From the NCBI GenBank assembly GCA_020891255.1, contig BQFW01000007.1, positions 310,001 through 374,000 of the forward strand: a stretch of 64,000 nt of DNA, written 5' to 3'. Positions 1 through 11,695 of the stretch are shown in pieces. The first letter of the stretch is position 1, and each line of letters begins with the position of its first letter. The notes under the pieces are model-generated. The model did not search any database, had not been told where the DNA came from, and worked only from the letters and a program-made list of their open reading frames with translations. This stretch comes from Entomortierella parvispora E1425 (Eukaryota > Fungi > Mortierellomycota). The position numbers and the translations under genes are program-made.

Positions 1-1895
1 TCCCTTGTAATACAAAAGCTTGTTTTCCACTTCGCTAGACAACTTTGTGTCTACAGCGACTCCGGGAAGCTCTTGAATAGTAGTCAAGTTCTATAAAGGA
101 AAAAGTTTGTTAAGGATATGATTCTTCAAATATACCACCCATACCAAGTCCATAATATAGTTCATGTTATTCATCTTACCTGCACCACGTTGTCGTAAGC
201 CTTGACCAGGTTCTGGTATTGGACATCTTCGTTTCTGTCAGTCGTTGCCTGATCGCCCTCCAGCTTGTTATAGATATCCTTGGCCAAGAGTAGGTTGCGC
301 TCGATCGCATGACGGAGACTAGAGTAGCTGATATAGGTCGCAATCATGTGCAAATCTGCAGTATTCTGTTCCGACTTTGATGACTTGATCTTGGCAGCAG
401 CAGCCTATGGCAATAAATCAAAAGTAACAACAAAGTTAGAGAGGATAGCCTTGCTTTGGATGGATGTGGCAGATACATTTCGTCGAAACCTACAGTGTCT
501 TCCTTGAGAGCCTTTTTGACAGTCTTCTCCGCCTCAGCAAATGCCTCCAAGACCTTGTCGAATTGCTCCAGCTTGGCCTCAGTGGTAGAGGACGCCAATG
601 AGTTCAGCTCTTCAGCAGTTTCCTGTGCAGCAAGGATCGAGGTCGCCAACTTTGCATTCTTCAATGGAAGAGTGTGTGATCTCCATGAAATTGAATCCAA
701 GTCCTGTGCCTTCTCCTGTCTGGTCTGAGCAATCAAATGCTAATTTCAGGAATAATGATCATACTCTGTCAGTATCTTCGCGGGGAGCTTTCTCAAAGGC
801 GAAAACAAATTAACGGGACTTCACTCTTACCTCAATTTCTCTCATCAAGACATCAGAGCCTGATCCCTTGTTGGCAGCCGACATCTTAACCAACTCCTCT
901 ACATTTACGACACCGTCCTTTGCCAAGCGCAAGCGGTATCCACAGAACCGGATATTGGGATCAATCTCATCCATGGTTGCGTGGCAAAGTGCCTCCTGAT
1001 GAGAAGATCCAGCCAGCGAAAGCTTGTCATACATAGCGCTAGTAGATAGCAGATACAAAAGACGACGGTTAGAGGCGGCCTTCAGATATAAGCAAGACTT
1101 TGAAGCAAAAACAAGAGAGCTGGAATATTTTCTTACCGAGCAGCCGAAAACTTCTCCAAAGCGCCCTGCCAGTTCTGAGCCTCGAAGAGAACATATCCTG
1201 CCATCAAAGCCGAGTAGGCCTGAGCATCCAGAGCTGATCGAACATCCACCTTTCCAACCTTGGTTGAGCAGAGGGCCTCCAACTGCTCGGCAGTCTTGGC
1301 CGCCTTCTTCAATCGGTTCATGTAATGGCTTTGCTTGCGGGTGTCATCCAGTGCGACAGAAAGAGCCTTGATCTCCATAGCATATCCCCATGCACGCTCA
1401 GCCTGGAACAACAAAATGTGCAAGTATCTAATGGCGAACGTTTTTTTGGTCATAGTAGGACGAGAGGTTAGCTTCCATGACTGGATGGATCCTAAGGAGA
1501 CACCTTTCTTTGCTCGACTCGGGTTCATTACCTTTCGTCTGTCAAAGTCTCGGCAGTAATAGGTCTGGCGATGAAGGACTTGTCCTTGCCGTGCGTAAAT
1601 CCAAGAGCTTTCCTGATCCGGTGCAACTTTTGTGTGCAGTGATGGCGGTATCGTCCATATTCCTGGCGACGCAATCCATAAGCATTCCGTGCCTCGTTCG
1701 TCAAAGAGAGGACTATCGAGAAAAAAGAAAGAGATAGGAAAGGAAGAGAAGGGGCAGAAAGAAACACGGCAAGTTAGGTTGAAATCCAGAGATGGAATGG
1801 CTGAGAGATGTGTGGCGTAGTAGGATAGGTGCACGGTTATTACTGTCGAGGGAAAATGGCGCGCCATCCTTGCTGGCGGTTTGTTGGGGCTCCAT
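1..1895 (-). CDS. SRP68: Signal recognition particle subunit SRP68 (multi-exon, 3' end beyond window)
   Basis: Exon translations NAYGLRRQEYGRYRHHCTQKLHRIRKAL, AERAWGYAMEIK...QAYSALMAG and MDEIDPNIRFCGYRL match SRP68 motifs. ATG at 1895-1893; reading continues to position 1. Confidence 0.9.
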
Positions 1896-2238
1896 GATGG
1901 TCGAGAACTTGTACAGTCGGAGCAGATGCAGGTCGAGAAGCGGGGTCAAGGTCGATGATGATGGAGATCATCGAATCTCGATCAAATCGACGCGTGGAAG
2001 ATTTTGTGATCGCAATAGCTGTACACTCCCTTCGATCCACAACCAAAATAAAAAGGTGCAATTTTTTCTCGTTTTGCTTTTCCTCTTCTTCACTATCCCA
2101 CTTTTCTCTTTCCCTTCCCCTCCTTCTACCTCCTCCCCATCCTCCTCGCATCTATCGTTGATCGCATCTTGTTCTGGTATTTGGTAAGTCTATCCTTTCA
2201 ATTGCTCCTTGAATCCATCCTCCATCCCCCTCCTCTTC

Positions 2239-2358
2239 GAAGATGTTGATCCGCGCGAGATGAAACACAAGCTGGCACCAGTCAAAGGCGTTAACCGGTG
2301 ATGACAAGAACAACAGAACTGCAATATACGCAGACAGTTCCTGACGCGATCCATCTTC
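2239..2358 (+). ncRNA. Candidate box C/D snoRNA inside a GT-AG intron (2184-2458) of an apparently non-coding plus-strand transcript
   Basis: Box C-like GAGATGA 2257-2263, C' GTGATGA 2298-2304, box D CTGA 2341-2344. Terminal stem GAAGATG(2239-2245)/CATCTTC(2352-2358) extends to CGCG next to box D. GCTGGCACCAG (2271-2281) is complementary to conserved 18S CTGGTGCCAGC. Intron donor GTAAGT 2184, branch GCTAAC ~2427, acceptor CAG 2458. The D' box is degenerate. Confidence 0.6.
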
Positions 2359-2885
2359 AACTCTCCTTTCCCCCATCTCCTCCCTACATCAATTGACAAT
2401 GCCCGTACTTTTTTTTTTTGCAAAATTGCTAACCACCAGTTGCTTTTCTTGCAAACAGGTCTCTTTTTGTTCATCCCTTGTCTGATATTACAATGCTCAA
2501 AAAAATAAACAAAAGAAATTGTCAAAACATCTTTGTTACCCGATCGAGAATTCATTTTGTTGAGGAGTTTCTCTGTACTCTGATAGTTGCAGAACACGGG
2601 TTTGTTATCTTGGAAGGGGGACAGATGATCCACGCACAGTGCTGCACAAAATACAAATGTTTTGATCTCGATGTGGTGGAGGTCGGGTGGTGTGCATCTG
2701 GTGTAGAGCCAGCGAGACCGTCGATCGTCCTACCAGCATCCAGAGGAAGAGTCGAACCCTGCTACTCTCAATCATGATGATTCTGACCATGATGATCTGA
2801 TTCGGATCCGTCTCCAGTACGAAGAGGCCCTCATACAGTGAAATACCAAAGATTTATTCCCAAAGCTTTGGCGGTCATGGCCTCG

Positions 2886-4115
2886 TTACATCACCCTCCT
2901 CAACTCGTTGATAGACATGTATCTCGAAAAGATGACATACAACTTCCTGAACCAGACCATTTGACTCTCATGCTTCTCCATTGCGCCCTTTGCTTGTGCA
3001 ATTGCCGAAGGGGCGCTCACAAACAAAAGTTCCAATGGTCTCAAGACTGTCCTGCCGTTGCTGGTGGTTGGTGCGGGTTGACCGCCGATCAAGGCTGCAG
3101 CTCCAGCAAGACCCAACCACTGATTGACCAAGGGCATCAGAGCCTCCGTCATGACCATAGTAAAGGGGAGATCCAAGATGGAAATGTACTTGCGAAGAAG
3201 ACTCACAGATTTGAGAACGTAGATGGTCTTGACGGGGGTTCGCTCCTTGAATGTTTGGATAAAGTAGCTATAGAGAAGAGTGCAAAACTCATTATTAGTC
3301 CCGTGAAATCGTGTTTCCAGTCCTGTTTTTTTCTCTGTCCATTTCAAAATTGTCATAACATACGTCAATCCAACGTAGCAGGCGATATGGTTGGTGTGGG
3401 CAGAGACACCCTTTTCGTCAAATGTAATGAGCTAAAAAAAGAGAAACGAAAACAGGTTCAGTACGGAGTACGTTTTGATCCGGCTAATTGATTCAGGCTG
3501 TTCGGTTCACAGTCCATTACAGTCTCAATGTTGTGCTTCTTGGCAAAGAGGTTCATCTGGTCGCCAACGAGAGATGGATCCCAAAGCTCCTTGTGTCCAT
3601 CCTTGAGCTCACTACATGAAGATGAAAAGAGTCGAGTTAGCTACAAATCAAGCTGATGACCATAAAAATGAAGAGCAACACCTACTCGCGCTCCAGAACA
3701 GTGACGTGAGACTCGCGGATGCCGAACGACTTGCAGCTGGCGATCAGCTCTTTCTTGCGCGTCTCTCCGAGACCATCGCTGTTTCCTGGAATGATTGGTG
3801 ATACAAACATTTCGAAACATGAGATCCCCAAGCACAATAAACCTGTAGATACTTTCTCCATTTAGTGAGAAGGCCGATAGACAGCGATGCACTTCTCTTA
3901 CCACTGGACATGCACAAGACACGGACTGTGTTGCCATGTTCCGGGCGCGTCAGTTCCGCAAGCGTGGGGCCAAAGAACATGACTTCATCATCTGGATGAG
4001 CAATCACCAAAGCGATGCTTGTCCTGGTCATGGGAGTCTTGAGGAGCCGAGTCTGGAAGAATGCATATCCACCGATGGCGGTTATCAAAAGGGCGTAAAA
4101 AGCGTAGAGCAGCAT
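2886..4115 (-). CDS. GPI12: N-acetylglucosaminyl-phosphatidylinositol de-N-acetylase (PIG-L family), multi-exon
   Basis: N-terminal TM segment, then VIAHPDDEVMFFGPT metal motif; C-terminal HESQMVWFRKLYVIFSRYM typical of Gpi12/PIG-L. ATG 4115, stop 2886. Confidence 0.9.
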
Positions 4116-4846
4116 TCCGGTGTGTATGAGGGAGAAGATGAAGGTGATCTCGCGAATTTGAATGCGGCCCAATGTGAGTTTCCTCTCTCGGTCTCAGTCT
4201 CACTTTCAGCCACAACGGAAGTAATCACGTGATGACGCGCAGCTGCACCTGGGCAAAGACCGTCCGACGTTGTCGCCGATCCAGGTGCTTGGCTGACTGG
4301 GGTTGAACAGGGATTTACTTGGCGGAGGAGGGGTGAATGGAATTGGGCCGCAATATGTCAGAGGTGTGATGACTTGAGCGCAGAGCAGAAATATCTAGTC
4401 TCTTTGACGGAAACGGCGCGTCCCGTGGCATCCATGCAAGAGAAGCACAGCAACCGGGGCATCGTTGAACAAGAGTCAATGGCGAAGCAGTGGCGGTGCA
4501 AAAGACAAAGCAAAGCAGCAGACAGTTGCGTCACACAGATGTTGGTTCCACGCTTTGCCAACGGATGGGGACAGGCGCACTTGCCGAGATCGAAATTCCT
4601 ATCCAACGTTTTTTTTCCTCTGCGTCCTCCACTCCATATTGTTCATCACACACCTCTTCCCCATTCACTCTACTTCTTTGCACCGATCCTCTGTCGCCAC
4701 GTTCTTTTGGCCTTGTAGTAACCTCACTTATTGACAACCAGATTGTCCACCGATCCCTAGAGTACTGCGCGTACTCAATACAACTAAATCAAGAGCTGAA
4801 AACAATATCCGATCCAACCTATCTACATCCAGGGAATAGCCTCAAC

Positions 4847-7800
4847 ATGCCGGTGTCTGTGCAAAACGCTTTGATGCGAGCAAGGACCAGCATCGAGGCT
4901 GCTCGGGAAGCTCAAGGTTCCGATCGCAAAGTTCTCAAACATTATCAGGCTGCGAAGAAAGTCCTCATCAAAGTCGACGTTATGGCATCCGATCCTTCCG
5001 CTTTGAAAGATGTGATTACCGCGTTTCAGGAACTGGCCATGGTGCTAGACCATTCGGGAAAACCGATACAGGAAAGGGCTACCAAGTGCAGACGTAGAGC
5101 AGATGCTCTGAGGTAGGTTGTCAAACTCGCTTCTGCCAGGATTGAAAGGACGAATTTGTTATTTTATGAAACTCAATGATCCTTTCGTTAGCAAAAAACT
5201 CGATGAGAGACTCAAGGTCTGTACGGCAGTTATCGCTGCGTCTTTGATCAAATCGAGACTCTCTCAGGAAATCCCGCAAAAAGGGGTTGTCCATCAGAGC
5301 TCTGTAGCGTCACCAAACGGCACGGCCGGCATCGTCTCCATTATGACCTCCAATACCACCTTCCCAGCTGCCTCTGCTGCCAACATTATCCCCACCTTTC
5401 GACAGTCTCCTTCCTCTTCCCAATCACTCATTTCTACTTCGGCCGCTAATGTCAATAAGGAGTCTGCATTCTTTGACAACAATGTGCACCCCGATCCTTA
5501 CACGTGCCCGCTGCCTGGTCCAGACGAGCCTCTACAAAACTCCCGTCAACTCGCCTATTGCCTTGCACTTCTGCAGCCTTCAACTCAAGAAGATGGTCTC
5601 ACTTCAGACTGCCTCAGATGGCGACACAAAACTTTGGAAAACCAGAATGAGAGGAAGCGCTTAGAGACCATGTCTGTTTAAATCATTCAGACGTTTGTTA
5701 AGGATGCTATGAAGAACGCTTCCACAGTTGCCGAGGTGGTGCAGCTGGCCCCCGTGCTCAGTGGCGACCATTCTCGGTTTCTTCTCAAGGCCCTTATCGA
5801 CTCTGTAAATCAGTCAGAGATTCTGCATTTGCATTCAGTGGATGGGATAGCCAAGGTGATTCAGGGAGCTATACCAGGATCCATCGACTCGGATGACATT
5901 GTGAGGGTTCTGCGGTCCCTTCACAGGCAGCTTCGATCCACCCACTCTCAGAGCACTCGAAATCGAAGCCATCTGTTGATTGCAGTCTCGCGAGTTTTGG
6001 ATGCGATGGCAGATGCCCATATTGGAGATGTTGAGCGGATTAACCTCCATGGGCCCTTGTCAGATTTTTTACGGGAGTCAGAGTCAGACGGGAACCCTTA
6101 TTTGACCTTCCAAGCTGCATATGCCGCACAGGCGTTGCTAAATGTGTCTGACGATGAGAATATTTGGCATGCAGGATTCCGACAAGGATTGCTTGCGTTG
6201 AAAGGTGGCGCACGGTTCGCCCAAATGCCTGATCTGGGGGAGATTAACGACGCCCTCGATGGCTTGGAGAAACTGTATGACGTTGGCAAAGGAAGTGTCA
6301 GGCTGCTCAAAGATGCCTTGGATGCAATCAAGAACCGTGAAAGTCCTCCATTCACGGTGAAGGAGGGTCTCAAGTTCAAGAAGGCCTGGTATCGCGCCCT
6401 TCGCACTGCAGAATCGTATATTCAGACTGGTGAACTTGTTCAGTTCAAAAAATTGGTCACCACCGCGCCGTGCCGACACCAATTCATGTTTCAGTGGGGA
6501 ATATGCCAGTTGCTTGGACAGTTTGCAGCCGATACCCAGTGGAGCATGGAGGCGCGCCAAGGCGCCATTGCTTTCGTTGGAGCACTCTACAGGGATACTG
6601 GGCTTTGGAGTCGACAAAAGGAGGTTGACCAGGTCATGTTTGATGTGCTCACCAATATGATATCGTACAATGACACGGATTTCCAAGGTATTTCAAACTC
6701 ACGAACTCCTCCCTACTTTCATACCTACCGATCAGTATCTGCCAAACGTGTAAAGCCCTAATACTTTTGACTCGTTATACCCTCAATTCTTTGAATAGTC
6801 TGCAAACTCTTGCTGGAGGAGATGAAGAGGCAGAACCATCTCCTAAAACCAATCGCCGGCCTACAATCGCCTCCCTGGAACAATATCCGGCATACTAATT
6901 CAGCTGTGGGCATCACTCTTGATGGCAGATTGTTGAAGACTGTTCAAGATAAAACTATTCGACATGAAAAGTTGGGAAGCCTTCCAAACCCCCCTGCACA
7001 ACCTAGTCTCGAGAACATTCGCTCGGCACTCAAAGCTTATCATGCGCCAGACCTCTTTATCCTCAGAGTTTCTGGAGACGAGCTGGAGCTGGAAACATGC
7101 TTTGTCAACTTGGCGATTGTCGAGGCACCTGAACATCGAGAAAAGGAAAAGAAGGACCTTAAAGAGCAGGCGGCTGTCTTCCATCGGATTCCGAGTTTCG
7201 AGGCAGTCAAAAACGCAAATACTCAGTCGTTGATCCCGTTGGAAAAGCTTTTTGAGAAGCGCAGGCGGCTGCAGGATGGAAAGGAGAATGCCCCCCAAAA
7301 AATTTTGGTACAAGGACGGGCAGGTATCGGCAAGACGACCTTATGCAAGAAACTTGTTCATGCTCATCAGAACGGACTCTGGAAGAATCTTTTCGACATC
7401 GTACTGTGGCTCCCATTGCGCCAGCTCAGAGGACTCAAGAGCCGCAATCTAGAAGGTCTATTTCGTGAGAAGGTTTTTATCACTGAGGACTTTGACCAAG
7501 AGCAGTCAGTATTGGCTCACGCTCTTGCAGTTTGCGCACATGAGGGCAGGGTTCTTTTCATACTGGATGGCCTGGATGAGATTGTGGCAGATTCAGGAGG
7601 AGATCAAGACAAAACATTCAGATCATTCCTGAAGACTCTGGCACGTCATCATCACCTCAAGGCCCTCTGGTGTGGACAGCAACTTATTACCTGCAATTGA
7701 TCTGGAGATCGAAACTGTCGGTTTCAGTCAGCAAAACGTCAATGACTTTCTGATTAAGGTACTCGAGCCAGAAGCTGCGAGGACAGTTCAAATTTTATCC

Positions 7801-10800
7801 AGCGAACTCCGTTGATCCAGGGGTTGGTCAATATCCCTGTACAGCTCGACGTGATCTGTTATAGCTGGGATTCACTTCCAGTAGACAGCACGGAGATAAC
7901 CATGACAGGATTATATCGACTCATGGTCCGACTACTATGGTGCAAGGACGCGCAACGGCTCAAAAAGACAGCGGGAGGACAGACTCTAACTGAGCGACAA
8001 ATCAGCAAGCTGAAAGCCAAGAGGATCGATGCTCTCATGGCAACTGAGCTGCAACATCTTGGTTATCTCGCCTTCAAAGGGTTGTTGAACAATCACCAAA
8101 TCGAGTTTGATGAAGAATATCTACTCGGTGCATTTGAAGACCTGGAGGAATATGCAAAAGACGACCGCCAGCCATTACCTCCTCAACTTGTCGAAGTAAT
8201 GAAGCAGACATCCTTTTTGCATACAGCGGATTCAGAGCTGGGCTTCAGAACACGCGACTCTCACCAAGCGTGGCATTTTTTGCACTTGACTTTTCAGGAG
8301 TATTTTGCAGCAACATGGATTGTTCGCCATTTTCAATCCGAGCAGCCATATCCCTCGGCTGGGATGATGACCAGAGAACAAGCGACAGCGTTTGTTCACG
8401 AACATAAATACAACCCTCAGTATGAGATTGTATGGTCCATGGTCGCAGGATTGCTAGATGGAAAACCGCTGAACGATTTTTTTGGACTTTTGCAAGCAGC
8501 ACCACGCGATTTGATCGGGGGCCGCTATCCGCAGATACTGGCGTCTTGCCTAAATGAGGCTCGGGCTCGACTGTGCTCAACGGTAGTGGAGGGCGTTGAC
8601 TCGGAACTTGAAGAGTGGCTTCGCTTTGAGACGCAAATCCGTCGACATGGCTCCCACAACAGAAGCATGTTAGGAAGTTATCCCTCGTTCCCGGACACCA
8701 TCGTGGTTAAAGTATTGGGTTCTGTGCCATCGTGCAGAATGGCCTTACTACGGACATTGGGAGCTCGCTCTACGTGGCCGAATTCGGGCATCCAGGTCCT
8801 GATTGCCGCATTCAGTGATGATGACAGAAACATCGGGTCATTATCGGCGTCTATATTGCGCCGAAATTCAGCGTTACCGGAATTTGCCCTCCAGCCTCTG
8901 ATTGCTACCATCGAAGGTGAAGACGGGGATTCTAGGTCGGCAGCATTGTCAATATTGAACAGCCAATTTACGTTGCCAGAATCAGCCATACAGTCCCTCG
9001 TTGCTGTACTCAAGAGCTACAACTGGAAAGTCAGGTCATCAGCAGCATCCATACTGAGCCATCAGTCTACATTGCCAGAGTCGGCGATACAGCCTCTAAT
9101 TGCTGCGCTCAAGGACGACAATCGGGAAGTCAGGTTTTTGGCGGCATCAGCATTGAGAAAGCAGTCCACATTGCCAAAGGAAGCTGTCCAGCTCCTCATT
9201 GCTATACCCAAGGATAGAGACACAGACCTGGGTTCCTTATCGGCGTGGATTTTGAACAAGCAGTCTGTGTTACCGACATCAACCATTCAGTCCCTCATTG
9301 CTGATCTCCAGGGCGACCATTGGAGAGCTAGATCTTCAGCAGCATCGACAGTGGCAAGTCAGTCCATGTTGTCGGAATCGACTATACAAACCCTCATTGC
9401 GACACTCAAGGACAGAAATGACGAAGCTAGTTCTTTATCAGCCACGATATTAGGCGGGCAGTATATGTTGTCATAATCTGCCATCCAGTCCCTCATTGTT
9501 GCGCTCAATGACAACAATTGGAGAGCCAGATCTTCGGCAGCATCGGTATTGAACGAGAAATCCACGTTGCCGGATTCTGCGGTACTGCCCCTTGTAGAGG
9601 CACTCAAGAACGACAATCGGAGAGTCAGGCCTTTGGCAGCATCGGCATTAAGCAAGTGGTCTGTGTTACCAGAAGCAGCCATCCTGTCTCTCATTGCTAC
9701 GCTCAAGGGTAAAGATGAAGTCTCCAGGTCACTATCAACTTCGATACTGGACAATCAGCCTTCGTTGTCGACAGCAGCCATCCAATCCCTCATTGTTGCG
9801 TTCAAGGACAGCAATTGGAGAGTCAGATTATCTGCGACATCGGTACTTAACAGACAAACCATATTGCCGGATTCCGCAGTGCTGCCACTTATTGAAGCAC
9901 TTAATGACGACAATCGGAGAGTCAGGCCACTGGCGGCATCGGCGTTGAGCTGGCGGTCTGCTTTCCCGGAATCGGCCGTGCAATCCCTTATCGTTTTGAT
10001 CAGAGATGAAGATGAAGGACTCAGGGCTTTAGCAGCATCAGTGTTGGAGACTCAGTGTACGCTACTAGAATCGGCTATCCAGTCTCTCATTGTTGTGCTG
10101 AAGGATAAAGATTGGAGGATCAGGTCTTTGGCTGCATTGGTATTGGAAAGACAATCTAGTCTGCCTGAACTAGCCATAAGGCCCCTCACTGCTGCCATCA
10201 AAGATGAATACTCTGGGGTAAGATTGTCGGCAGTGATGGCATTGGGCAAACGGTCTCCGTTAAAGGACTCTGCTATTCAATGCCTCGTTGCCGCTCTTGT
10301 GGACGACAATTGGAAAGTCAGATTTTCAGTAGCAGCGGTATTGAGCAGTCAACCTACTTTACCAGAGTCAGTCATTCAATCTCTCATTTCTGTGCTCAAT
10401 GGCGACAATAAGGGGGCCAGATCTTCAGCAGCATTGGTTCTGGGAAAGCAGTCTATGTTGCCAGAGTCGGTCATCTCTATCTTCATTGCTGCGCTCAAAG
10501 ATGCAGATAGAAGAGTAAGGTCCTCGGCCGCATCGGCATTAGGCAATCGCTTGGCTTTAACTGAAGCAGCCATCCAGGCTCTCATCGATACACTTAAGGA
10601 TGAAGATGTGGGAGTACGATCCTCGGCTTTATCGGCTTTGAAAAAAACAGCGTACTTGGCCAGAATCAGCTATTCGGACCTTCCTTACTGCTCTCGAGGA
10701 TGATAATCTTACAGTCAGGTCTTTCGCAGCATCCGCATTGGACAAGTGGCCCGCGTTGCCGGAATCAGCCGTCCATTGCCTTATTTCTACACTCAAGGGC

Positions 10801-11391
10801 AAAAATGACGCTGCCAGGTCTTTATCAGTGTCCCTTTTGGACAAGCAGCCCATGCTGTCGGTAACAGCCATGAAGTCCCTCTCTACTGCTCTCACGGCCG
10901 ACAATTGTAAAGTAAAGTCTTCTGCCGCATCCGCGTTGGTCAAGCGGCCCATGTTACCAGAGTCGGTCATTCTGTCCCTTGTTACTTCACTCAAGAGTGA
11001 AGACAGTGACGCTAGGTTTTTGTCGGCATCCATATTGGACAAGCAGTCTATGCTGCCGATATCAGCCATCCAGTCCCTCCTTACTGTCTTCAGGGACGAC
11101 ACTTGGGCCAGGAAGGCTGTCTCAGAAACTCTCCATCATCATTTTCATTCATTGTGCAGATCATTGCCTCACTTAACGGAGGAGGAGATATCATGTCTTT
11201 ATAAGGGTCATCTCTTTCTTTATAGTTGCAGTCATATTAGGACCTTGCAGGTGTACGACGACAAATTGCTCCTCTACAGTGAGCAAGGCGCACAAGTAGA
11301 GATCATTGGTCATGACAATGCGGCCATCGTGTTGTCGGCCTTCAGGGCCGTTCAGCACAAAGCGGGGTTGAGGCTGGGTTCAAAAGTCTAA
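4847..11391 (+). pseudogene. NACHT-NTPase / HEAT-repeat NLR-like gene, disrupted
   Basis: Walker A GRAGIGKTT (~7320), Walker B LFILDGLDE (~7560), NACHT HFLHLTFQEYFAA motif, ~23 HEAT-like 33-aa repeats. Introns 5113-5191 and 6688-6798. In-frame TAA at 5679 and 9474; frameshifts at ~7641, ~7791 and 10641-10647. Confidence 0.85.
8815..11100 (+). repeat. Coding tandem array of ~23 x 99-nt HEAT-like units
   Basis: Recurring LPESAIQxLIAxLKDxNxxVRSxAASxL unit. Near-identical stretches at 9567 and 9864 are 297 nt apart. Confidence 0.9.
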
Positions 11392-11695
11392 CGTCTAGAC
11401 TCTTTGCCGTGATAGAGTGTTGATGTAGCTTGACCATGTTGGCCAACATAGGATCTTCAATTTTTCTATGCATGGTTCCCGGTGAAGAATTAATAGAGTG
11501 CATAGTCCATTATAGACTAATAAGATAAAATAGCAAGATAAAGAAACATTCCAAACGGCGATAATGAAATGCATTGCAATCTAGACGCGCAGAAGCAATT
11601 AATGGGGAGCTCTGATATAGACATGGCTCTTGCATGCACGAGAACAAGCCTCTGTTATTTTTTTTTATTTCTTTCCAAGAAGGAGGCAACAAGAG

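Noticed and set aside
2493-2830. Short plus-strand ORFs after the 2458 acceptor (MLKKINKR..., ...HDDSDHDDLIRIRLQYEEALIQ)
   Set aside because: No recognisable motif or consistent exon chain. The ATGATGA/CTGA pairs at 2774-2800 are too close together to be a snoRNA.
7641-7792. Compensating frameshift pair or programmed frameshifting rescuing the NACHT domain
   Set aside because: The original frame hits TGA at 7698-7700 between the two shifts, and two further nonsense codons lie elsewhere in the gene.
8815-11100. 99-nt periodic repeats as a CRISPR-like or non-coding array
   Set aside because: They are in-frame coding HEAT repeats without unique spacers; no CRISPR array is present in this eukaryotic window.
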